Origin: an uncultured Methanospirillum sp.
GTDB taxonomy: Archaea > Halobacteriota > Methanomicrobia > Methanomicrobiales > Methanospirillaceae
Assembly (NCBI GenBank): GCA_964624045.1
Contig: CAZUXC010000001.1
Location: forward strand, 24,662 to 88,661
Length of the DNA: 64,000 bases
Reading direction: 5' to 3'
The position numbers and the translations under genes were made by a program. This document shows, one piece after another, positions 30,528 through 39,228 of the stretch (the stretch's first letter is position 1; the number at the start of each line of letters is the position of its first letter). The notes under the pieces were generated by a model, which was not told the origin of the DNA, searched no databases, and saw only the letters and a program-made list of their open reading frames with translations.

Positions 30528-30821
30528 TCAGAGAGCGCCTTCGATCATCGAACCCAGATGATAGGGAATCAACCCCATGTGAATATGATCAATATACCGT
30601 GCCTGGTACATAGAAATATAGATCAAATGATTTCCTGCTTTGAGAGCAAGATCAGTAGATTTTGCAGGTTTGTACGTAACAGGGAGAAGGACCGGACCAC
30701 CACAGGATGTTGATATCCGGAAGTTGGTATCTCGTTCGTTAATATATGCAATCACTTCATCATCGATGAAGATTGAATGGGAGCCAGTGTCTTCAGGATT
30801 CCCGGGGTAGAGATCAGACAT
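30528..30821 (-). CDS. Small conserved protein with SCGGP motif (possible HesB/IscA-like fold)
   Basis: IDDEVIAYI....FRISTSCGGPVLLP...KP..D; 1-bp gap to archease and 8-nt overlap with DUF2551. Confidence 0.5.
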   Translation of the reverse strand: MSDLYPGNPEDTGSHSIFIDDEVIAYINERDTNFRISTSCGGPVLLPVTYKPAKSTDLALKAGNHLIYISMYQARYIDHIHMGLIPYHLGSMIEGAL

Positions 30822-31233
30822 CTTCCAGACAGGTCATACCGTGAGGGAAAAAATGCTTGTGCTTTTTTTCCATGGATTTATCCTCTGTATGTCCGGATCT
30901 GCATACAGATACAATCCGGCGCACAATGGGTTTGTGTTTGTCACGAAGGCGGTATAACCGACAGCGATGGGTTTCACTGCGGATCCCGGTGATAATACCA
31001 ATCCTTGAGGAAACGATCCCAATCATTCCGGAAACAGAGTGATAACTGATGGAAAAAGAACAAGAGAGTTTTTCATAGATCTCCTGGATGGAGAGATCAT
31101 TATGGGTGAGAAGGATGCGGATAATCGCATGTCTGATTCCTTCTTGATCACCGGCAAGCCAGGAACTCAGGCGCTCCTCAACAATATCAGAACGCTTGTC
31201 TGGATCTGTCATTATCCGACGTATCTTATACAT
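30814..31233 (-). CDS. DUF2551-family winged-helix protein
   Basis: RL..WL..D..GIRH, IYEKL...F.ISYHSVSGMIG.VSSRIGII. Start may be 31212. Confidence 0.7.
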   Translation of the reverse strand: MYKIRRIMTDPDKRSDIVEERLSSWLAGDQEGIRHAIIRILLTHNDLSIQEIYEKLSCSFSISYHSVSGMIGIVSSRIGIITGIRSETHRCRLYRLRDKHKPIVRRIVSVCRSGHTEDKSMEKKHKHFFPHGMTCLEDV

Positions 31234-31334
31234 CGGCTAAATGGTTTCTTCTCTCTCAATCCAGAGATTTTTTGCCCGCTATCCGCGCAGATGGCTGATG
31301 GTTTAATCACCATACGTGACTAACTCTGTACTGT

Positions 31335-32216
31335 ATGGTTCTTTTCAGATACGATATCAGCTCCATTTCTCCCATGAAACTCTGCATTATCCCGTTGATA
31401 GTGCTGTTTATTTCATTGGGTTCTCTGGGGATGACGTATATTCAGACGGGACTTCCAATCCAGCCAGGATTAGATTTTAAAGGTGGAATAGCCGTCAGTA
31501 TCGTCACCGATGAGTCGGTGGACCAGATTAAATCATATTTCGCTGACTATCCACTGATTAGTGTCGATGAGGGGATTAACCAGGGACGATATATCAAATT
31601 TGGTCCGATGGATGATTCCAAAGTCATGTCTCTTACCAGTGCGATAGAATCCAAATATAAAGATGCTAAAATAGATCACATCGGATCTTCTTTCGGGAAG
31701 ACTCTTCAGGATCAGGCAGTCATTGCTCTTTTGTTATCCTTTATCGGAATGGCAATAGTGGTTTTCCTTATCTTCAGATCCTTTGTTCCATCTGCAGCAG
31801 TGGTGATATCAGCATTTGCTGATATGGTCATGTCTGCAGGAGCGATGAATCTTCTGGGAATCCAGCTTTCTCTGGGGACCACTGCCGCACTCCTGATGCT
31901 TATCGGTTATTCTGTAGATAGTGACATTCTGCTCACTTCCCGAGTTCTCAAGCGCCAGGGTCGTTTTGATGAAAAGATCCAGGGGGCATTTCGTACCGGT
32001 CTGATTATGACGACTACCACCTTTAGTGCCACACTTGCAATGTGGGTAGTGTCATGGTTTGGAGGGATTCACATAATCTGGGAAATCTCAACCGTGCTCC
32101 TCATCGGTCTGGTGTTTGACGTGATGAATACCTGGCTCACAAATGCCGGTATCCTAAAGTGGTATATTGTTGAAGGGAAAGGAAAACTTTCCACCAACCA
32201 GAAGGGAGGTGTCTAA
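31335..32216 (+). CDS. secF: Protein translocase subunit SecF
   Basis: GLDFKGG, IGSSFGKTLQDQA, LLMLIGYSVDSDILL, NTWLTNAGIL. Confidence 0.93.
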   Translation: MVLFRYDISSISPMKLCIIPLIVLFISLGSLGMTYIQTGLPIQPGLDFKGGIAVSIVTDESVDQIKSYFADYPLISVDEGINQGRYIKFGPMDDSKVMSLTSAIESKYKDAKIDHIGSSFGKTLQDQAVIALLLSFIGMAIVVFLIFRSFVPSAAVVISAFADMVMSAGAMNLLGIQLSLGTTAALLMLIGYSVDSDILLTSRVLKRQGRFDEKIQGAFRTGLIMTTTTFSATLAMWVVSWFGGIHIIWEISTVLLIGLVFDVMNTWLTNAGILKWYIVEGKGKLSTNQKGGV

Positions 32217-33671
32217 GTGGATAAAGAGAAAGTGATAGAGACGATCAAGGATTACCGGGTCGCCATCTATCTGGTTATGATCATAGCTTCTCTGATAATC
32301 ATTTACCCCCACCCAGGTCCTAATGGTCTTGAAACCCGTCTCCAGTATGGACTTGACTTGTCCGGTGGATCCTGGATTCAACTCGAATTCAACTCTTCAG
32401 TTGTCACATTCAAGACAAATCAACCAGTAGACCAGTTTGTTACCGACTTAGGAAAGAAGCTCGATGCTGAGGTCACTCTGGTTGATACAGATAAAATTGA
32501 GATCAGAAAGGGAGTATCAGAACAGGAACTCCGGGATATTTTCAGCGAAAATAAGACAGAACTGGTTGCATACAACCAGGGAGTCACCAAAGATACTGCT
32601 GATGATATCAAGAGAATTCTTGAGAACAAAATCAACAACCTCGGTACCCGGGATGCGAAGATCTACGTAATTACCGGACTCAACGGAGTGTGCCGGTATG
32701 TCAGGATGGAACTTGCCGGTGTCTCGATGAGCCAGGCACAAGAGATCGTTGGAAAGCAGGGGAAGTTCGAGATCCGGGTTGTCACTACCGGAAACCAGAC
32801 TGAACATGTTGTCTTTGGCGATTCTATTGAGAGTGTTGCCAACCCGGCACAGAACCCACCAAACAGTAACAACTGGGGAGTATCTTTCGCTCTCAACCCT
32901 GAAGGAGCAGAAGAGTTCAGACAGGCAGCAATAAAGTACGGGGCGGTTCAGGATCCATCTAATCACAACCTTGCAATGATTCTGGACGGGAAGATGGTGT
33001 ACAGCGCCCCGCTTTCCCCAGACCTTGCAGGAACTCTGCAGTCACGGGCGAGCCCGAACCTGATTGCCTCTACCGGGAGTGGAGACAGCGGAAAGGAAGA
33101 TGCCAAGATGCTGGAAATCCACCTCCGAAATGGTGCGTTGCCAGTTGAAGTCAAGATAGCTGGATCCGGGTCAGTTTCAGCGGAACTTGGGGAGACGTTT
33201 AAATTCTGGTGTCTGATTGCGGGTATATTTGCATTAATTGCCGTAGGAATCAGTATTTTTGTCCGGTACCATGAGCCGGCGATCGTGTTACCGATGGTCC
33301 TGATCAATGCGTCAGAGATCATAATCCTTCTCGCAATCACTTCATTCTTCCTGCAGCTCGATCTGGCAACCATTGCCGGTCTGATAGCTGTGCTTGGGAC
33401 AGGTATTGACCAGTTGGTCATCCTGACCGATGAGATCCTGCACGAAGGAAAGGTACCATCACCCAACATCTATCTCAAGCGATTGAAACGGGCACTGGCC
33501 ATTATCGTTGCATCTGCAGCAACCGTGTTTATCGCAATGCTGCCACTGGCACTCATGGATCTCTCATCCCTCCGAGGATTTGCAATCATCACCATTCTTG
33601 GTGTTTTGGTTGGAGTGATCGTGACCAGACCTGCGTATGGCAGAATTATCATGGCTATCCTCTCCAAATAA
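32217..33671 (+). CDS. secD: Protein translocase subunit SecD
   Basis: GLDLSGGSW, GKFEIR, LRNGALPV, GTGIDQLVILTDE, ITRPAYG-type C-terminus; GTG start. Confidence 0.93.
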   Translation: MDKEKVIETIKDYRVAIYLVMIIASLIIIYPHPGPNGLETRLQYGLDLSGGSWIQLEFNSSVVTFKTNQPVDQFVTDLGKKLDAEVTLVDTDKIEIRKGVSEQELRDIFSENKTELVAYNQGVTKDTADDIKRILENKINNLGTRDAKIYVITGLNGVCRYVRMELAGVSMSQAQEIVGKQGKFEIRVVTTGNQTEHVVFGDSIESVANPAQNPPNSNNWGVSFALNPEGAEEFRQAAIKYGAVQDPSNHNLAMILDGKMVYSAPLSPDLAGTLQSRASPNLIASTGSGDSGKEDAKMLEIHLRNGALPVEVKIAGSGSVSAELGETFKFWCLIAGIFALIAVGISIFVRYHEPAIVLPMVLINASEIIILLAITSFFLQLDLATIAGLIAVLGTGIDQLVILTDEILHEGKVPSPNIYLKRLKRALAIIVASAATVFIAMLPLALMDLSSLRGFAIITILGVLVGVIVTRPAYGRIIMAILSK

Positions 33672-33726
33672 CCCATACCATACTTTTATCTGTTTTTTTA
33701 ACGCATTTTCTGATTAGGTTATCACT

Positions 33727-33999
33727 ATGGGAAAACCGATTCTTATCGACTTTTTTGCAGAGTGGTGCGGCCCCTGCAAACGGATGGGTCCGATCATTGA
33801 TGAACTTAAGACCATGATGGGCGACAAGGTTGAGATAAAAAAACTCAATGTGGATGAACATATGGCAGAAGCCCAGAAATATCATGTATCCGTCGTCCCA
33901 ACGATAATTATCGAGAAGGACGGGGTTGTAGCACAGAAATTCCAGGGAGTTACTGATGCAGAAACCCTGGCATCCGTGCTAAAACCGCTGGTGGAGTAA
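33727..33999 (+). CDS. trxA: Thioredoxin
   Basis: DFFAEWCGPC, VSVVPT (cis-Pro). Confidence 0.93.
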   Translation: MGKPILIDFFAEWCGPCKRMGPIIDELKTMMGDKVEIKKLNVDEHMAEAQKYHVSVVPTIIIEKDGVVAQKFQGVTDAETLASVLKPLVE

Positions 34000-34000
34000 C

Positions 34001-34651
34001 GTGAAGATCGGGATCATCGGGGGAACTGGAAAGATCGGAGAGGGGATGGCAATGCGCCTCTCACAGATCTATGAGGTTCTTATTGGCTCTCGTGATGAAG
34101 AGAAAGCAAGATGCACTTGTGAAATATGCCTTTCGTCTGCGCATGAACGTGGGTTACCGTGCAACGTCACATGGGTGTCAAACCAGGAGGCAGTTGAAGG
34201 AGCTGATGTCATCATCCTTGCAATTCCTTATAAACATCTCGACTCCACCATTGCCAGTCTTCAGGGGTTTGAAGGAAAAATTGTCATCAGTCCCATCAAT
34301 CCAATGGAAAGACGGAGTTACTTTGAATATATCCCCCCGGCAGAAGGATCAGCAGCGCAGCATCTGAAAACACTCCTTCCGGGATCGGCCCGAATCTGTG
34401 TGGCATTTAACAATATCGCAGGGAGTAGATGGCGCGATATTGATGCAGAACTAGAATATTCAGTAGCGGTATGTGGGGATGATGAAGAGTGCAAACTCAT
34501 CGTTATGGACATTATTGATCGGATCTCTCTCCTGAAATCCTATGATGCCGGTCCGCTCACCATGGCGCCAATTATTGAGGGGCTGACGGCTCTGGTGAAC
34601 AACATAGCCAAGTGTAATAAAATGAAAGACGTAGGAGTCAAATTCGTCTGA
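34001..34651 (+). CDS. npdG: F420H2:NADP+ oxidoreductase (NpdG/Fno)
   Basis: KIGIIGGTGKIG, IGSRDEEKA, ISPINP, AFNNI, VCGDD, DAGPL, IEGLTA; GTG start. Confidence 0.88.
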   Translation: MKIGIIGGTGKIGEGMAMRLSQIYEVLIGSRDEEKARCTCEICLSSAHERGLPCNVTWVSNQEAVEGADVIILAIPYKHLDSTIASLQGFEGKIVISPINPMERRSYFEYIPPAEGSAAQHLKTLLPGSARICVAFNNIAGSRWRDIDAELEYSVAVCGDDEECKLIVMDIIDRISLLKSYDAGPLTMAPIIEGLTALVNNIAKCNKMKDVGVKFV

Positions 34652-34669
34652 CATCAGGGGTTACAGGGA

Positions 34670-35221
34670 ATGGATATCGGGGAGATGCAAACTGAATTTA
34701 CCCGGATAGGCAACAGACTTGTCATCGAGCACCTAATCGGCGGTAATTTTGGTAACATGAGTGTGCGAATGACCGAAGAGGGGTTTTTTATAACCCGGAC
34801 GGGTTCTTTCCTTGACGAACCAGGGGATCTGGTATTCGCGCCTATTTTCGGAGATATGCCCAGGGAGGCATCGAGTGAATGGCGTGTTCACCGGACAGTA
34901 TACCAGAATACCCGTCATGGGGCAATTGTTCATGCTCATCCCCCCTACGCAGTGGCAGCATCACTCCTCATGGATGAAATCATTCCCCTTGATAGTGAAG
35001 GGAAGATGTTCTGTCCGAAAATACCAGTGGCACTGGGAGAACCTGGCACTCAGGATCTTGCTGATGATGTGGCTGAGTATCTGGCACTCGCTCCCCTATG
35101 TATTGCACGCGGGCATGGAACTTTCGCAGCAGGAAAGACATTGCAGGAAGCGTATCTTTTTACCTCACTTGCTGAACATGCGTGCCGGGTTCTCTCTTTG
35201 ATAGCCACTTTACAGAGGTGA
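34670..35221 (+). CDS. Class II aldolase/adducin family protein (FucA-like)
   Basis: GNMSVR, ASSEWRVH, HAH, RGHGTFAAG. Confidence 0.88.
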   Translation: MDIGEMQTEFTRIGNRLVIEHLIGGNFGNMSVRMTEEGFFITRTGSFLDEPGDLVFAPIFGDMPREASSEWRVHRTVYQNTRHGAIVHAHPPYAVAASLLMDEIIPLDSEGKMFCPKIPVALGEPGTQDLADDVAEYLALAPLCIARGHGTFAAGKTLQEAYLFTSLAEHACRVLSLIATLQR

Positions 35222-35226
35222 AGTCC

Positions 35227-35589
35227 TTGGAAATTGAAGAGAAATTTTCCAGGCTTAGTCCTGAAGCGCAGAATGCAGTTACAGCCTTTATTGATTTTTT
35301 GATATCCCGCGGTGGGGAATCAGAAAAAGCAGAAATTCATGATGGAGAAATCTGGGATGAAAACCTGGACGAAGATGTTCAGTCAGTTCGTGATGATGTG
35401 CAGCCTTCTTCCCAGAAGGATCAGGAGATGACGAATCCCTCCGGGATAATTCTTGCAGAAGAACGTCCAATTGATGAATCCGAGAGTATAATCGATTTTG
35501 CAGATATTAATACCAGGTTTGCGCCAAAAAATCCTGAATCAGAGAAGAAAGGGCAGGTAAAACAGCGAAAAATGTTTGACTGGTTATAA
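35227..35589 (+). CDS. Acidic hypothetical protein with DUF2281-like N-terminus
   Basis: FSRLSPEAQNAVTAFIDFL; TTG start 5 nt after SD GAGGTGA. Confidence 0.55.
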   Translation: MEIEEKFSRLSPEAQNAVTAFIDFLISRGGESEKAEIHDGEIWDENLDEDVQSVRDDVQPSSQKDQEMTNPSGIILAEERPIDESESIIDFADINTRFAPKNPESEKKGQVKQRKMFDWL

Positions 35590-35605
35590 TCTGACCTTCA
35601 CCATT

Positions 35606-36226
35606 TCATACCACCCTCGTGGTTGTCGAGAGTTCAATTCCCTTTTCTGCTAAAATGAATGGAAGAACCCGGCCTGGTGGTTGCATCCCAGATAATTTTT
35701 TAATCTCAAGTGCTTTGATAATCTCAGAACCCCTGAGTTCCTCATGAAGCTCGATGACGGTATCACAGAGCCTGATGAGAAGAATTTCATTATACGGAGC
35801 ATGAAGACCACGATAGAGAGTAAAGAATGCATGATCTTTTGCCTCCTTGATGATCTGTCGACAGGAGACTATACCCATAAGAACCTGATCGATGCCATCT
35901 TTCATAATCAGGGTAGACAACGAATCAACTACCAGCCCCTTTCCCTGCTCCCCCCTGAAGATGTCCTGAGCAGGCATAGCCCTTGCATAGACCATACCTT
36001 CATCAAGATATCCATCTAGCATATAAAAAACCCTTTTTTCAGGAGATACTGACCAAAACTGTTTTGCGAACTGATCCAATCCGGATGTTGCCGAACCAAT
36101 GAGAAGAATGGAGCTCCCGGGGATGAAACCTCCTTCAAGCGCGAGATCCAACCCGTTTATTCCGGTAGAACTCCTCCCCTTGTAAGCCCGGATCACCGGC
36201 TGGCGTTCACCACCCTCATCTGCCAT
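35606..36226 (-). CDS. Single-domain KaiC/RAD55/ArlH-like RecA-fold protein with degenerate Walker A
   Basis: STGINGLDLALEGGF, LLIGSATSGLDQF (no Lys), LVVDSLS, LEIKKL.G, FILAEKGIE. Confidence 0.8.
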   Translation of the reverse strand: MADEGGERQPVIRAYKGRSSTGINGLDLALEGGFIPGSSILLIGSATSGLDQFAKQFWSVSPEKRVFYMLDGYLDEGMVYARAMPAQDIFRGEQGKGLVVDSLSTLIMKDGIDQVLMGIVSCRQIIKEAKDHAFFTLYRGLHAPYNEILLIRLCDTVIELHEELRGSEIIKALEIKKLSGMQPPGRVLPFILAEKGIELSTTTRVV

Positions 36227-36306
36227 ATATATCTCCTGAGTGTATTGTTCAGTCTCAGTACGGTATCATTATATTTTCGCCTTTGTAATTAGATATTATA
36301 CCAGTA

Positions 36307-36401
36307 CGGCAGGGGTCCTTGCCTGCCGATAGATAGCAAAGCCGGGGGGGCAAGCATATACCAACGCAGAGAGGGTCAGAACACTCTCACGGATATGAGA
36401 G
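36307..36401 (+). promoter_or_regulatory. Structured 5' leader candidate of the pilus ATPase operon
   Basis: Stem CGGCAGG/CCTGCCG (36307-36328); CTCTC(A) at 36384-36389 can pair with either GAGAG (36369-36373) or TGAGAG (36396-36401) next to the ATG. Confidence 0.35.
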
Positions 36402-38306
36402 ATGGCACTTAAAATAACAATAGGAAAAGGAAAGAAGACGACAGAAGGAGGAGCGAATAGCAAAGCAGAAGAATCTGGGTCGAGTGAGATAGGATCTACA
36501 AGCCCACCTGTAGTTCCCCGGATTAGAAGAATAAAACCAGAAACAGTAAAATCAGAAACTCCACAGGACATTTCGACTAATGAGGGGGAGATTGAGAAGA
36601 CGAGTAGTAAAATTCCCGGGCTTTTGAAGAAAAAGAAACAAGAGAAGAAGATAGGCTCCACTGAGCCCATAGAAGGGAGTGGAAGCGGCAGAACTGATGA
36701 AAGTGGGCAAAAAAAGGTCGGGCTCCTGAGCAGATTAACGAGTATTAAACCACAAAAAGCACGGGAGACGTATGATCCGCAAATCCATGGGGAGTTAATC
36801 GATCTGACCTATGTTCCCCCACAGGGCGTGGAACAGATCGAGGTGTACCCAGTAAATCCTCCATTTTCTTACATCAGAATAACGTACAACTACCCTAACC
36901 ATGAGTATCTTTATGAAGTAGTTGAACCGGATTACACTGAATCTGAGAAGAAACTCCTGGAAGAGCTGAAAAAGGGAATATTTGAGCGTGTTAATGTTAA
37001 CACCCGTCAGATATCACGGGAACACGCGGCAGATCTTCTCGAAGAGATGATGAACGAGGTCTTTGCAGACTACGCAATTCACCTGGATCCTAAGACATAC
37101 GCAAAAATTCATTATCAGTTGCATAAAGATTTCCTTGGAAACGGTATGGTTGATGCAATCATGCATGACCAGTTCATCGAGGATATCTCCTGCGATGGCG
37201 TGGAACGGTATCTCTTTGTCTACCACTCAAAATATGAATCGATGGAGACAAATCTGAAATATACCGATTCCGGAGAACTTGACTCTTTTGTAACGAAATT
37301 AGCCCAGAGAGCAGGAAAACATATTTCAGTAGCTGAGCCCATGCTTGATGCAACGATGTCAGATGGATCGCGTATCCAGATGACTTTGGGAACGGAAGTA
37401 ACTGCTCACGGTTCCACCTTCACGATTCGTAAATTTAAAGAAGTTCCAATCACTCCAACGGATCTCATTGAATGGGGCACTTTCTCTCCTTTGTCCATCG
37501 CGTTTCTCTGGCTTGCCGTGGAAAATGCAAAATCATGCATATTTGCCGGGGGGACGGCATCTGGAAAGACCACTTCGCTCAACGCAATATCACTCTTCAT
37601 CCCACCGTTGGCAAAGATTGTCACTCTTGAAGATACCCGTGAGTTAAAACTTCCCCATTCGAACTGGATTCCCAGCGTAACCAGGGAATCTTTTGATATC
37701 GCTGGAAAGGGGGAGATCGATATGTACGAACTCCTTAAGGCGGCTTTAAGGCAGCGCCCGGAGTACCTGATTGTCGGTGAAGTACGTGGAAAAGAAGCAC
37801 TCACCCTCTTTCAGGCAATGAGTACTGGTCACGTTACCTATTCTACCATGCATGCAGACTCAGTTGCAAGTGCAGTTCACCGGCTTGAAAATCCCCCAAT
37901 ATCTGTTCCAAGAAACATGTTATCTGCCCTGAATTTAATCTGCGTCCAGGTCCAGGCAAGGGTAGGAGGACAGAGAATACGAAGAAACAAACAGATTATT
38001 GAGATTCTGGATATTGACCCAAGAACGAATGAACTTATTACCAATGAGGTCTTCCGGTGGAGACAGGCAACTGATGAGATCACCTATTCAGGGAAATCAT
38101 ACATCCTGGAGGAGATCATGGAGGCGCATGGCTGGGATGAGGAAAGAGTCAGGAGGGATCTCATGCAACGTCAGGAAGTTCTGGAGTGGATGCGTCAGAG
38201 AAACATTCGTGACTATCGGGAAGTGAGCAACATCGTCGTCTCGTACTTCCGGGACTCAGAGGGGCTGATGGAACAGATCCGATCCGGTGCCAATGAACTC
38301 ATATGA
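36402..38306 (+). CDS. Type II/IV secretion (type IV pilus assembly) ATPase, ArlI/TadA-like
   Basis: IEDISCDG, DGSRIQ, TIRKF, Walker A GGTASGKTT, Asp box LEDTRE, LRQRPEYLIVGEVRG, His box STMHA. Confidence 0.95.
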   Translation: MALKITIGKGKKTTEGGANSKAEESGSSEIGSTSPPVVPRIRRIKPETVKSETPQDISTNEGEIEKTSSKIPGLLKKKKQEKKIGSTEPIEGSGSGRTDESGQKKVGLLSRLTSIKPQKARETYDPQIHGELIDLTYVPPQGVEQIEVYPVNPPFSYIRITYNYPNHEYLYEVVEPDYTESEKKLLEELKKGIFERVNVNTRQISREHAADLLEEMMNEVFADYAIHLDPKTYAKIHYQLHKDFLGNGMVDAIMHDQFIEDISCDGVERYLFVYHSKYESMETNLKYTDSGELDSFVTKLAQRAGKHISVAEPMLDATMSDGSRIQMTLGTEVTAHGSTFTIRKFKEVPITPTDLIEWGTFSPLSIAFLWLAVENAKSCIFAGGTASGKTTSLNAISLFIPPLAKIVTLEDTRELKLPHSNWIPSVTRESFDIAGKGEIDMYELLKAALRQRPEYLIVGEVRGKEALTLFQAMSTGHVTYSTMHADSVASAVHRLENPPISVPRNMLSALNLICVQVQARVGGQRIRRNKQIIEILDIDPRTNELITNEVFRWRQATDEITYSGKSYILEEIMEAHGWDEERVRRDLMQRQEVLEWMRQRNIRDYREVSNIVVSYFRDSEGLMEQIRSGANELI

Positions 38307-39228
38307 GCGTTTCTGCTTCAATCTGCTCGGAAGCAGGATGGTTGCCAAGAGGGATAATTACTTTGACCTGATTGCAAATCTCCGTTCAGCCCGAATGGGC
38401 ATCACCTTTGAAGCTTATCTTGCAACGGCTACCATCACCTCAGCGATTGTCGGAGTACTGGGATCCATTATCGTCGCATTGATCGTGTATCTGCTCAACA
38501 TTCCTGCATTGATTACCTTCAAAGGAAATATTCCTCTGGATATTGCAACGGGGATCAATCAATTTTCCGTGTATTCATTGATCATCGGGACTTTAATTGC
38601 AGGAGTGGGATCATTTGTGATATTTGGGGGGTTTACGTACCTGGCTTACCTCATTTATCCATCCATAGTAGCCGGTTCCAGGCGCCGGGATATTGAGTCA
38701 AGCCTGCCGTATGCGATCAATTATCTGGCGGCCATGTCAACCGCAGGAATTCCTCCTGCTGAAGTTTTCAGGCAACTCGGAAATTCTTCGATTTATGGAG
38801 AGTCGTCAGTGGAGGCAAGATATGTTACCCTCGAAGTGGATGTTTTTGGAAAAGACCTCATCGAAGCATTAAAAAATGTCTCAATGGCAACTCCAAGTCC
38901 ACGAATGAGGGAGTTCATGCAAGGTGCTATTGGAAGCGTAGCATCAGGATCTAACATCTCTGAATATTTTAAAACCAAAGCAGAGCAATATACCTTTGAA
39001 AACCGTCAGACCCAAAAGCAGTTTCTTGATACACTGGCCCTGGTTTCGGAGAGTTATGTAACAGCTCTGGTTGCCGGAACTCTTTTTCTGATCCTGATCC
39101 AGTCAGTCATGTCAATCCTTTCAGGTGAAGGAACACCGTTCTTTCTCTATATTATCATCTATCTGATTATTCCATTCGGCAGTGTTATGTTCGTCGTTAT
39201 GATAGATGCGATGACCCCGGAGTGGTAA
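38287..39228 (+). CDS. Type II secretion system F-family (TadC/ArlJ-like) platform protein
   Basis: IESSLPYAINYLAAMSTAG, FGKDLIEAL, TPSPRMREF, SGS; 3 TM segments. Confidence 0.9.
   Translation: MPMNSYERFCFNLLGSRMVAKRDNYFDLIANLRSARMGITFEAYLATATITSAIVGVLGSIIVALIVYLLNIPALITFKGNIPLDIATGINQFSVYSLIIGTLIAGVGSFVIFGGFTYLAYLIYPSIVAGSRRRDIESSLPYAINYLAAMSTAGIPPAEVFRQLGNSSIYGESSVEARYVTLEVDVFGKDLIEALKNVSMATPSPRMREFMQGAIGSVASGSNISEYFKTKAEQYTFENRQTQKQFLDTLALVSESYVTALVAGTLFLILIQSVMSILSGEGTPFFLYIIIYLIIPFGSVMFVVMIDAMTPEW

Noticed and set aside
30528-30821. Selenoprotein of the HesB-like family
   Set aside because: The motif is encoded as Cys (SCGG), with no in-frame TGA.
24012-31334. BirA operator (TGTtAAC-N14/16-GTTaACA type)
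   Set aside because: No such palindrome was found by eye in the intergenic segments upstream of pycB, bioY, birA or the run start.
36330-36360. c-di-GMP-I (GEMM) riboswitch, because of GCAAAGCC
   Set aside because: The preceding GGCAAACC/GNRA P1 element and the following GGTCTAA are missing; an 8-mer match is not enough.
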